From Klebsormidium nitens (lineage: Eukaryota > Plantae > Klebsormidiophyceae), in assembly GCA_000708835.1 (NCBI GenBank), contig DF237000.1, positions 190,166-254,165 on the forward strand: a stretch of 64,000 bases of DNA, written 5' to 3'. Position 1 is the stretch's first letter. Each line of letters begins with the position of its first letter. The position numbers and the translations under genes are program-made. Shown here piece after piece: positions 13,601 through 25,123 of this stretch. A model generated the notes under the pieces. That model saw only the letters and a program-made list of their open reading frames with translations, did no database searches and was not told the origin of the DNA.

Positions 13601-15900
13601 TCCCGACGCCTTCGTTTGATTTTCTCTTGGCCAATGTGCTGCCCGAAAGGGAAAAAGCGCTTCATTGGATGACATGGCGCCTAAAGTCTTGAAAGCTCCT
13701 TTTTTCGGTGCAAACGTAACGCTCTAAAGACGTGCTTTGGAGTTGTTTGACGATCGGAAAACGACTGGGGCTGAGACGTCACTTGGACAATTGGGCACTT
13801 CCCTAAAAGTACGCTGGTGTCTGATGCCCCAATTGTTCTTGTCCGAATCGTCATTGGGGTAATTGCGGTTCTTGCACAAGAATCAGAACGTGGGAACCTT
13901 TGCACGGCAACCAAAGGCAGGCGACTGACACCCAGGAAATTGCATACTATGCACATTGTGAGTGCTCCGTCAGTTCCTGGTTTAGGTTGCTCATGCCCGC
14001 ACGAAGGGCAGGAAACCATTGATGTCCCGTTTATCTGCAAGCGGTTACTCCCGGCGGTCTGCTGCAGTGGCCGATCATTCTGGTTACCTAGTTGAGCTTC
14101 CATGTCAATCTGTGAACTTGTTTCACGTGAAAGCGGTTGGTGTCAGGTCATCTCTTGTCTTGTCCTTAGAGCATTTGATCTGCCATGGATACCGTATTGC
14201 GCGCGGTCAGTGAAAGTGCCACCAGACTCGGTCTAGTAGACTGACTGATGCCAAAGGTTGGAACCTACAGTGTGTGTAACCGCAACCGCACATAATGCTT
14301 GCTTTGCATGGGGCTGGTACAATCTTATCAGTCTGCTCGGAAGCCGCCATGAACGGCTGAGATGTTGCTACGTGGCAATAGTTCCGTGAGGTCTGCAGTC
14401 AGTATTCTTGTCTATTGTAGGTGTGCGAGTTGGATTTGTCTTTTCCCTTGTGATCGAGGCTGTGAAGACATTCGACAGCTGCAAACTTCTCCTCATTGCA
14501 CTTCTCAGCTTCTGTTAGTCCGACGCCAAGACACAAGAAATGCGTGCATCATGATCTTGAACACGCGAGCGACTATCAGTACTTGCATATTTCCGCGGCA
14601 GAGGCAAGCGCATGCCTGCAACGGGACTGTCTATCGTGATAGAGTGCTCTGGTGGGCTGAGGCCGCCTCCAGCAAGAACGCTCGGTGGGCTTCTCTGAAT
14701 TCGAGGCCGGGTCCCCACCTGACAGAAGCCTGGCATGCGTCTCAAGTCTGGGTAACTAAGGTTTTGGCTGCTATACAATCTGGATTGGCAGAGATTGCCC
14801 TTTTGCACGACCGATTCATTGTTCTGTGTTCGGAGCAGAAGCTGGGATGCAAGCTGCCCACTAAACAATGCGAACAGTACTTGGACATGAAGTCTTGACG
14901 CTTCTGCTTATGCTCGACGAGTACATCCTCGTCGATATGCAAATCGGTTTGTCTTAGAGAGGTTTCGTAAGCCTGTCGGGCGCCTCGTTCAAGCCCCATT
15001 TCTTCTAAGCAGTGCGATTCCCCTAGTGAACTTAAAATCATCTTTCTTGGCCATTGCTGGTGGTCCTCAACGGCTGTGACGAGATTGCCTGCTTGAGTGT
15101 AACACTCAGATCCGGGCTCCGTGCCGACGGCAATAGTGGAAAACACTTTATATGGTGCACAATGTTCAAGGTTGGTCTGCAAAAGGGCAGATTAGGCACG
15201 TCTAGGAAGGGCAGATCGTAATCCAGCTTGGCAGCACACTGCCGTAGATGCCCTTCTTGACTCACCCAAGTTTGGGCAGTCCAGGCTAAAGCTGGCTACT
15301 TCAGATGGTCTTGAAGCTCTTTCAAGGTTCTTTTGTCGTGAACGCTGGCTAGGAGACAAACGACCTCAAGTTGCCAGGCCTACCTCCCAATTGCGACGAT
15401 TGGGTCCCCTGAAGCCGTCACTTTTGAACGCTCCAGTCCGGACAGCGGCTTTTTTATGTCTTATGATGCGGACGATGAGGAGAGCCACCTGGACTGAGCT
15501 TCAATTCGACAACCAACTGCCAATCTAGGCATGTTACTGTACCGACCGTAGCCGCCAACAACTCTATTCCCAGTGTTTGAAGTTGATGCCCTCGTGATTG
15601 GTTCTAAATGTTATATTGTACTGCGTTCGATTGAAGCATGGCCGGGAAGAGAGTGCCGCTGAGTCTTTACGCTCACACATTTTTCATCTGTACTTTCGGA
15701 GCCACCCGATGTCGATATTTGCTTGCTGCTCTTCCGACGCCTCGCTTTGAGGATCCTCTGCAGGCTGGTCGCTCTGGTGGATGCGAGAACCTTTGCGTAC
15801 GTTTGCAAACGTGTTCCGGAACGGTGCCGACGAAAGTTGGCCGTTCTATGGCTGCTGAAGGATTTGTAACCCTTGGCTCAGAGCTTTTTCTTTGCCCTCA
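10700..15900 (+). pseudogene. Degenerate tandem array 1 of kb-scale units with an F-box-like start motif
   Basis: Anchor gtggctgggatgcaagctgccc (variants) at ~10740, ~11110, ~12515, ~14841. Second anchor gcatggccg.gaagag.tgcc..gctgagt at ~12099, ~13506, ~15637. Segment 11060-11210 aligns with 14790-14945. The repeat is seen directly; the F-box pseudogene reading is inference. Confidence 0.4.
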
Positions 15901-18900
15901 ATTTAGGAAGCTTGGCAGCGGTGCGCACGGGTTTGCATGATGCCACCATTACTCGATTCAAGTCCAGCAGGCTGATTGATGCTAGAAAGTACAAGGAAAC
16001 ATTTACAGCAATCTCTAACGCTTGCTCTTGAGAAGGTGGTTCAAACTCGTCGTGTTGCCTCTGGAAATGCCGTGGTCGGCCAGGACATTGCCACGTGGCA
16101 ACGTCTCCAAAGACCTTGAAGTCGGCACTCCACGGTCCTGTTCGTGTGCCGGTGTATCTGTGTCTTTCTCCTCGACGAAGGCTGGAAGTGTGTCGAGCGT
16201 AACCATATTCTGCTTCTGACGGTCACACTCAGGAAACGACGGGCCCGCAACTTCCCCTACTTTTAATCGCGTGCAAACTAGTGCGTACAACGCCTGCACT
16301 GTTGGTCCTAGAAAAGTCGCATTCTTTGAGCAAAATCGCCTTGACGGCTTCTCGGCACTCTTGAGGCCGAATTCAAACTTTGGTAAGCTCGGCTCAATTT
16401 ATACAGCAGGGGTGTCGTCGTTGTCCGTCGTTGTCGACCATGCGACTGTCAAATGGGTTGTAGCAACATATTTTCCGCTGTGGCTGAAGTCTCGCGACGG
16501 CATCTAAGCATGCGCCTCGCGCCTAAACAGTTCCCACCAGTACCCGGTGTAGTAAGGCTGACGTTGAAAACGGCCAGGATGAGTTTGCACGTCTGGGTTT
16601 CGACCCAGCTTCCTCGTGTTACTCGCGTCTGAAGCCGGCATCTGACTCGTTCTCGTCCGGGGTATGGTTGATATCTACTTTGTCGAAGAGGTTCTGCGTC
16701 CATCCAACGCGAGCGAAGAGCAACTGGAAAAGGATTTGTGTTTCTTATGCTTTCAATTTGCAACGAGCTCGCAAAACATCAAAGGAGATGCATGTCATGT
16801 GGTCCTTAAAGTTGTGCTTCTGGTGCAGTTGGCTTTGATCCGCGGAAAGGCCGAGCGGGGTTTGGACGCCGGCTCGGCTCGGTAATGAGTTGGGCTTTGA
16901 CAACTCCGCTTGGCCAGCGGTCTCTTGTCAGGTCCTACTCAACATGCAGTCTTTTGTATTTTCTGGAAGGAGGTCAACGGGTATTTCCTCTGACTTGATT
17001 TATCATAGATTGTCCTTCCAATTTTAGAATTGCCTCTGTCTTCCTGTATCCTGAGACTGATGGCTGTGATGATTTACTGGGCATAGTCCGTGCTCAGTCC
17101 GCCTCTCGACTCCGACTGAAGCCAGTAAAGTCGCCTTGTTTGACTCAGAATGTCAAGATCGGACACACCTTTTGTTCCTGGAAACCTGCCAGTCAACGTG
17201 CCGGTCGTTGCCTATTTTGCTTCTCTTCTGCTGCTTACTCCTTTCCGGCCGTCAATAAATGCGCTTCTTGGCCGTCGGATGTAGACAAAAAGCGGCTCGT
17301 GGTACGGATGGAACAAGCTTGTTGGCTTAGGAAGCCAATCGCCTCTTACTCGGATTTGATGCTAGTGCTTTTAGAGGCTTGTTGTGTCTTCGTCGGCGCT
17401 TCCAGTTCTCGCTTCGCTGCAGGGGTCGCCGTGAAGAGGGGCTTGCTGGCGGTGTCTTTTTCCTGTGAAACTCTTGTCAGTTACGCCAGAAAAGCGATGC
17501 TACTTTGTCTGCCACTTTGAATAAGGGGCCCACCTTCCGTACCATGGGATTGTTATATGTTTGTAGGCATGTGCCAGTTGTGGGGTCTCCCGTTCCTCCA
17601 TTTGCCTCTCGACGCTTTTGAGGCCGTCGATGATTCGAATATGCGACTCTTTGCCGTCAACCATCCTGCGTGCCAGTAACTGCCGTCCAGCTCAATGTTG
17701 AACGGATTCTTGATGGACCGCCTACAACAAAGAGCCGCTTGGATGTGCGTTGGAGCATTCCGCATTGAAGGTCGGAGTGCAGACTTGGAGCTTGGGTCAG
17801 GTGTATGAGGACGATGAGGACGCTGTAGACAATTGGGCTTTCGGTGCCTAGACTTGCCATAGAACTGTAATGGTCAGGGGCCAAGATGAGACGCATTCAT
17901 GTTGGGGTTCTAGCTCCAATTACTGTCGTTTTTCTGATGTCGTCCCGCCACGAAGCCGACAATTTTCAGAGCGTATGTCGATGCCTGTAAACTTGATCGA
18001 AGTGGTAAGAGCAGCTTGCTGCCATTTGCAACACTGGGGTCAGCTTGGGTCTGTACGAAGAGCGTTGCATCGTGATTTGTTGAGGAAGCCATTGTCTTCA
18101 TCTTATCTTCATGCGGAGGCAAAGATGACCAATACTGGCAGCCTGTTGGGTTCATATACCCAGCATAGCATGGAGGACAATGCCTGATGCCACCTGCCTC
18201 ACTCGCGCTCGTTTGAGCCGCTGACCTCAAAAGTGTGCAACACTTCCTTTTGAGCACTTATTGAGTCCTATCTTCACCTGCAACTGATGTGACTTCCCTC
18301 GGCCGCCCAGCGTGGCCATTGGAATGAGCTTTGAATCTCTGGTTGCCCTTGTAGTGAGCTTATGGAAGTGCAGCTTGAAAGCAAAGCTCTAGTCTGGAGC
18401 CCACTGGTCTAGTTGCAGATCAAAAAAGCAACCAGGTTCTAACGGGCGGTCATTGTCCCTGCCACTGTCTGGTTCTATAGGCCAGTCGGCGCCTTATTCC
18501 TTTTCATTGTCAATCTGCCGCCTCGTTGCAAAAATCACGTCTTCTTAGTGGTCTATCTTCTTAAGATGGCCACCTGACTTCTGCGTGTTGACGCTACTGC
18601 CGCTACCGCTGGCCGCACCCCTCTGAACTTCAAAGCACGAGAATCGTGGTGCGCGCAGGAGATCGCAACCACAGAGATTTAAAGGTTGCGGACAGATCTC
18701 CAAACTTCTGCTTAGCCGGTTCTAACTGCCAAAGATGTTGCAGTTGTACTGGACATGGCTGCCAGTCTGACAGCTTGGTTGACACTCCGTCGTTTTGAAA
18801 GAAGATGCAGCTCAGAGGCATCGCCCACTTGAGTATTCCAAGGTGCTTGGCCGTGGCGCCGTTGGATTTTTTAGACTGTTTTTGTCGCATTTCTTTCCTT

Positions 18901-19199
18901 TTGGTTCTCCGGTGTCCTAGGCTTGACCCCACTCTGTGCTCCTTCTTCTGTGGGGCGCCGTTTGCTTTTGAGACTGGAACGGTGGCTGGGACGAGACTAC
19001 TTTCTGAGTGGCTGTAGCCCACTGCAGCGTGTGGACTGATGCTGCCAGTTTTTCAAAGCAGTAGTTCGTGCACGGGACGTGAAAATGAGAGCGGCCAGCG
19101 TGCTACTCGTTTCGCAGATGCTGTCGTGCGATCACATTAGATTCGAGCTTTTGAAAGTTGCAGAGACGCTTGACTGATAATCGGTTGCGTTGCAGGTAG

Positions 19200-22100
19200 C
19201 ACGGGAGTCGCTTCTCAGCGAGGCAGCAATCCCTCCACCGGAAGAGACGGTAAGATGCACTTTGCTGGAGCCAGTGAAAGTCTACTCTAGGAGTGGAAGC
19301 TGATGGCAAATGGAGATGAATCTACATTCGTCCAACCAATTAACTAGGATTTACCCAACCGGATGAAAGATTACGAAGATTGTTAGGTGAAGTCCTGACG
19401 CCCGCATCCGACTTGTTGTGGGAGATGTGTGCATGCGGTAGCCACGCTTTGTTCTAGTTTCAAAGGAGAGCCGCTTGTTACAGCTACTTAAGAATGCTTT
19501 ATCTTGAATTGCTGTGTGAGTAGTATTGACATGCCGCATGTCTCTAGTTCTGGGCAGATTAACTGAACAGCTACAAGCCTTGCCAAACCAGTTCAAAGAG
19601 AGAGCGTGTTGCGTCGATGATCACTACACGACGCTCTTTGCCGCTTGTTCGCCACAAATTCTGGATCGTGGGTAGCGGAGCCGCTTCTTACAGGAAACCT
19701 CATGTTGTACGGAAACTAAAGGGTACTGTTTCCTTACTATTGTTCAGGCGACAGCGTCCCTGGTTGAGCTCGTGCGGCGCCCGTCAAAGAGCTTACAGAA
19801 TTTCTCAGAGCCACTTCCGTGCGGCCTAGAAAGAGATGCAAGGTCCAACCATTTTCACCTTCTGCAAAGACTTAACGGAAATTTTTTGTCTCTTTTGTTG
19901 GCGACAGCCTCCCGGCTTGAAACAATACGGTGGCCTTCAGAGAGCCTTCATGACTTCGTAGAGCCCATACTGCTGCGTTTTGCCAAGCGATGCAACTTTG
20001 AACATGTTCATCTTTTGCAAATTTCGAATGCAACTTGTTTGCCTTCTGTAGGCGACAGCGTCCCGGCCTGAGCCAGTGCGGCGCGCGCCCTTCAGAGAGC
20101 CTGCACGACTCTCTAGAGCCCATCCCGCTGCGGCTGAACACGACCCCCTACCCACGAGAGATCCGGGAGCACTTTTACCGGGAGGCGTGCCTTGCGACGA
20201 ACAACGCCGTCAACGACGGGTTGCACCAACTAGAGGTGCGTGTCGTGGGCGATCGAAGCTAGGAGCACCTCTGTTCGAGTTCTACTAGATCGCCTTTGTT
20301 TGGTACATCGGGTTCGAGGCTCACTGTTAGTTTGAGGGTGGACAACGTTCGGATTGCGGCAAGTTTTGAAAGCTGGCAGAGCGAGCATGCTAGTGTAAGC
20401 AATCTGGTAACCGGCTCTTGCGTATTCACCGAAGCAAGACTTAAACTTCAAGACGGACATGCATGACGTTTTTTGCTCATTCCTGTGACGTCATCCGACG
20501 GTGGCTTGACGTAAGATGCCGGTTTGAAGCCCCCGTCTGTCAAACCCGTATTGATTTCTCCCCATTTGTAAGAGCGTGACCTTCGCAAGCCATGCGACAG
20601 GGCTCCAAAGCGGATCGTACGACCCGGGTTCTGCAATAGATAGACGGCTGCGCTGTATGATTGGCATCACGGGAACCAACCACTAGGCTGACGTCACCTG
20701 CAGATCCGGTGCATCATCCCCGAGCTGAACCCCGAGATGGACGTGTACCGGATCGGCACCCTCCTGGAGCTCATGCGCGAGCTCGCCTTCACCTTCGCTG
20801 ACGACGGCAAGCGCGTCAAGGTGAGCCACGCTGAGTTCAGCACGTCATCTTCCTACAAAGATTTTCTAATTATTTTGTGGTCGCCGAGTGCGGATATTTT
20901 TGCCCGCCGTTCGACGACGTTGGGAGAGCTGGTTATTGGGGAGGGTAGAAAAGTCACCCCCGTACCTCTACAATCACAAGTTTTTTGAAGCTTAAGCCAC
21001 AAGCTACCGCCGGTTTTTCTTTCCATTTTCCTAGTTTCAAATGTGCGTGCAGGGGAACATGAGGATGGCATCTTATTCGGCATGCTGCTTGGAGCCTCGC
21101 ACGGGACTGAAAGCCCACGTGACTTCCACAAATTTCGCGAAGCTCATCACTGCCGCTGATTGCCGTTTCTTTTCCTTTTTCCGTTGCTTCGATTGTGCGT
21201 GTAGGGCAGCATGGAGGACGGCATGCCGCTTCAGAGAGGAACCGGAAGCCTTGGACCTGGAAAGCCTTGGAGCTGTTAATCGCCCCTGACTGCCGGTTCT
21301 GTCTTCGTTTTCTTCCTGCAGGCGTGCGTCCAGGGCAGCATGGGGGACGGCATCTTCTCCGGCATGCCCCTCGCGCTGGCCGGCACACGACGCATCATCG
21401 AGAGCATGGACTGGGGGGACGAGGAGGACAAAGCCAACTTCATCCGCTTCGGAGCAGTCGGTAAGAGCGCTCGAATATTCCTAGAAGATCACTTGCTCGA
21501 AACCGTTCCTGTGTGTATCGTGGTACTCTTTTTCAAGGAGTCTGTCTCCGCAATCGATTCCCTCGTGTTTCCCCATCTTTGATAAGCGTGTTTCCTTGGT
21601 TGAATTGGTTGATTCAGGCGTGTTGAAGAGACAGAAACGATCGGCTAGACTCCTATGCTGGGGAAGCCGTCGGTACAGGCAACCTTGTATCGGCAGTCTT
21701 TCGCCTCCAAGAGCTCTTGCTTATTCCGCAAAGTCCATGTTTGCGGTTTCGTGTGAATCACTTCGGTTTACTAGTGGCCCATCGTTGGAGGCGCCTTCTG
21801 CCGAGACGCAAGAAAGTTAGTACAACTGGGACAGCTCAGCTTCGCGAGGTACTTCTTCTGTTTCGCTTCCCCAATTCCAGAGATTGCTCGCAAACCAAGC
21901 CGTGGGCCAAGTGTGGGTTGCTTCTCTCCAGATCATGCTCAACGAAAAATGGAAGAGAACAACGAGGCAAACCTTCTCTGATGAACCTTGTGTGCAATAA
22001 AATTTTGTTCTTAGCCTCGCTGCCTCTATGTCCAGGAGCGAAGGAAGTAGCCGATGAGGACGAACTCTTTATCGTCAGGGCGCCCCAAAACGCGGTAGCG

Positions 22101-25100
22101 AATTGCATCATTCCGGTGAGTCGCCGTTCCTTTACAATCCGTTTTCAGAGCGGTGTTGCCTATATTCCGTTCGACGACGATTGGACAGTGATCTCAGGCC
22201 TTACGAAGGGAGTGCTGTCGAGATCCGTATGAAAAATGTGGGATCGTTTGCTGACGGATTCCTCGATTCCCCCGGAAAGCTAAGACAGGAGTCACCTCGT
22301 AGCGCATGGCGGGTCAAAATCAGGTCAAGAGCTCAATGACAGAAAGGTGTCTCGATCTGCAGAAATGGATATCGGGGGAACTCGTAACAATCGCACTTAA
22401 AAACTTCTCGTGGTGACCTTGCTCTGTAAACTCTGAATGAAGGTCATACTGGGAGCATATATGGCATACAAAGCGCCCCAGCGTCCCTTGAGAATGGCGC
22501 GGAGTCAGACAGTGCTTCACGAAGCCAACGGAAGCGGAATAAACGGACGGTACTGTTGCATCGGACACTTGAGGAAGTGCGTACCTGACTACAGCTTTTT
22601 GCAGGATTTGGAAGCGATGCTGGAGGCTGCGGGAACGCGGCCGCTGACAATCGTGAACCCGCGACTGAAGGTCAGTGGTTCTCTTTGCAACTCTCGGGAC
22701 TTAAAGGCAGTCGGTGCCAACTCTTTGCGAACTCGGATCATTACCCTTACGATGAGAATGTTTTTATGGACGCTCCTTGTAGGATTATGTACCCTTCCTA
22801 TCAATTTTGGGGCGCTTCGGCGAAAGTGTATGGTCATAAGACGTGCAACGAGATTACCAAGGAGTGGACGCTTCTTTCACTTTCACAAACCGTTTCACAA
22901 ACCGTTGAAATGGCCTGAGAGCACGCGTGCACGCTTTTATTTGCAGAACGTGCCTTACGGGCGTGATGCACATCCGCGGGCCCGATGAGCGCTCTTCGTA
23001 TTCATTTGGACGCTGCTAAAATCTTTCGGACGCATTCGAATACACTCGCCGCAGTTTCCTGCAGGACGTGCTTAGCTCGACGGGTATAATGTAGATTCGC
23101 GGGCGGAGGTGCGCTCCGCGTACGGATTCGGACGCTGCTTAAATCTTTCCGACGCATACATGCTCGCGCACCTCTTCCTCGTGGGACGTGCCCAGCTCGG
23201 CGGGCCGAGTGTGAATTCGTGAGCGAGAGGAGCGCTCCTCGTACTGATGCGGACGCTGCTCAGCTGTTTTGGACGCATGACTGCTCGCGCATTATGTCCT
23301 GCAGGACGTGCATAGCTCGGCGGACGTATTGCAGAATCACAGACGAGATAAGCGCTCCTCATACGGAATCGGACGCTGCCCTCAAGTTTCTGTACGGTGC
23401 TCATCTGTTTCGGACGCATGAATGCTCGCGTCTATCCCTGCAGGACGTGCCTAGTTCGGCAGGTGTGATACAGATCCGTGGCCAATACAAGCGCTCCTCA
23501 CACGGAGTCGGACGCTGCCAAATTGTTCGGACTCATAAGGGCTCAATTCTTTCGGACGCATGAATGTTCGCGCACTTTCTCTTGCAGGACGTGCCCAGCT
23601 CCGCCGGCTTGATGCAATTTGCAAGCGCGAGGAGCGCTTCTCGAAAAAACTCAAACGCTGCTGGAATCATTTGGACGTATAACGCTCGCGCACTTACGTT
23701 CCCACCTCCTGCAGGACGTCCGGCGCGCGTGATGCGGAGTCGCAGGCAAAAAGAGCGCTGCTCGTATCATTTCGGACGCTGCTCAATCCTTTTGCACAGA
23801 CACAAGATGCTCGCACGCTTCTCGTTGCAGGACGTGCCCAGCTCCGCCGGCGTGATGCAGATCCGCGGGCGCGAGGAGCGTGAGCGCTTCACTGCGTCGT
23901 TCTTCCAGTGCTACAACTTCCGGCTGCTCTACAAGGCCGCCACCAACTTCTACCCCATCATGGGCGCGCTCAGGTACGTCTGTCACTGAAAATCAGGTCT
24001 CCGGACTCTGCAACTTTAGTCCAATCCCTCCGATTGTTAGTTCTTCCACCCAGTTTCTCAGGTTGTAGCAGCTTTAGCCCTCCTGTCTGATCCTAGCACC
24101 TTGACTTGTTCTTCGGTCCTAGAAGCTTAGCCGAAAGCCTTAAGTAGTCGGAATCCGACGCTCGGACCAAGGAACAATGAAGCCGTGAAGACTGTTTCCT
24201 ATAATTCCTGGATTTCAAGAAGTCACGCGGTTTGAATTCGTTGCTCTAGCACTCTAGGTCCCCGCCCCAAACTGCCATTCGTGTATTTCAGGCCTCCTCG
24301 GGTAGACCTTTGATTGCAGAACATCTGATGAAGAACACTTGATGATACTCCAGACCACCTGAAAAGTCAAGCGTAGCCCATATGTTTAGCCCAGTCTGTT
24401 TGCCTGCGTGTTATGCCGTCGTGGCGCAGAGAAAACCGTATACGGCATATCCTAGTCCGGCGTGGCCTTTTTATTACGCTTCCTTAGCCTGCCGCCATCC
24501 CTCGAAGCTATCAAGCTCAAACTTCGCTGCTAGTCAAGTCAACAGATCCCGCTGAACAAAGCTCGCATGCTTTCACGGCCCCGCAGGTACGTCTATCCTG
24601 GCAAGTACGAGGTCTACCGGAGGAAGGATTTGGGCTTCGGTGAGGAGCGGTACGATTTGTTGGGCGAGTTCGACGAGGAGCCCATGAAGCAGGACCTGGG
24701 AGACGTGTTGTACGGGCGGCGAAAGGTCGGGGAACAGAAGCTCAAAGCCAGGTAGGGGACCGCTTCTGTTGCCAAACCTGAATCTGTTCCGTCCTAAGCT
24801 TTTCAGACTGTTGTTGAGCTGATTGAGCTCTCTCTTGTCTTCGTTGGATCTAACTTCGCAAAGACAGTGTTCGTTGATAAAGACCGCAACTGGAATGGAA
24901 CGCAAAAAAAATGCATGAATAAGTGTTGATTTTGAGATTGTCTCTGTTCAAAACACTGCGTTTTGGAAGGTACACGGATCACAAAGCGTGTGTTTGACTT
25001 CGCCAACCGGAACGAGAATTGTGGTTCTGGTTGGGAGAGCACGTTGCGAAGGGTGTGGGAATCGTGCAAGAACGACATCCTGACAGGTATTTACGTGTAC

Positions 25101-25123
25101 TGTGCAGGGGTCTGTTTGGATAG
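19200..25123 (+). CDS. DUF1995 domain protein, copy B (similar to C-terminal domain of chloroplast adenylate kinase 5)
   Basis: Exons ~19200-19249, 20052-20235, 20704-20820, 21322-21460, 22036-22115, 22605-22670, 23831-23973, 24587-24751, 25108-25123. Spliced peptide: ...LEPIPLRLNTTPYPREIREHFYREACLATNNAVNDGLHQLEIRCIIPELNPEMDVYRIGTLLELMRELAFTFADDGKRVKVCVQGSMG...YNFRLLYKAATNFYPIMGALRYVYPGKYEVYRRKD...KARGLFG*. Differences from copy A are mostly synonymous. Start codon not resolved. Confidence 0.85.
19740..20130 (+). repeat. Triplicated 5' end of the ATASR..PSESLHD exon (two decoys plus true exon)
   Basis: gcgacagcgtccc.. at ~19748, ~19900 and 20052; period ~152 bp. The middle copy has lost its AG (ttg|gcgacagcc). 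Confidence 0.85.
21030..21240 (+). repeat. Two degenerate upstream copies of the VCVQGSMG exon start (copy B)
   Basis: tgtgcgtgcaggggaacatgaggatggcatc (~21042) and tgtgcgtgtagggcagcatggaggacggcatg (~21195) vs true exon at 21322. Confidence 0.8.
22940..23885 (+). repeat. Tandem array (7 decoys plus true exon) of acceptor and 5' end of the DVPSSAG exon (copy B)
   Basis: Variants of gcag|gacgtgcc.agctc.gc at ~22947, ~23066, ~23185, ~23305, ~23443, 23588, ~23714 and the true exon at 23831, each followed by gagcgc..cgtac..tcggacgctgc. Confidence 0.92.
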
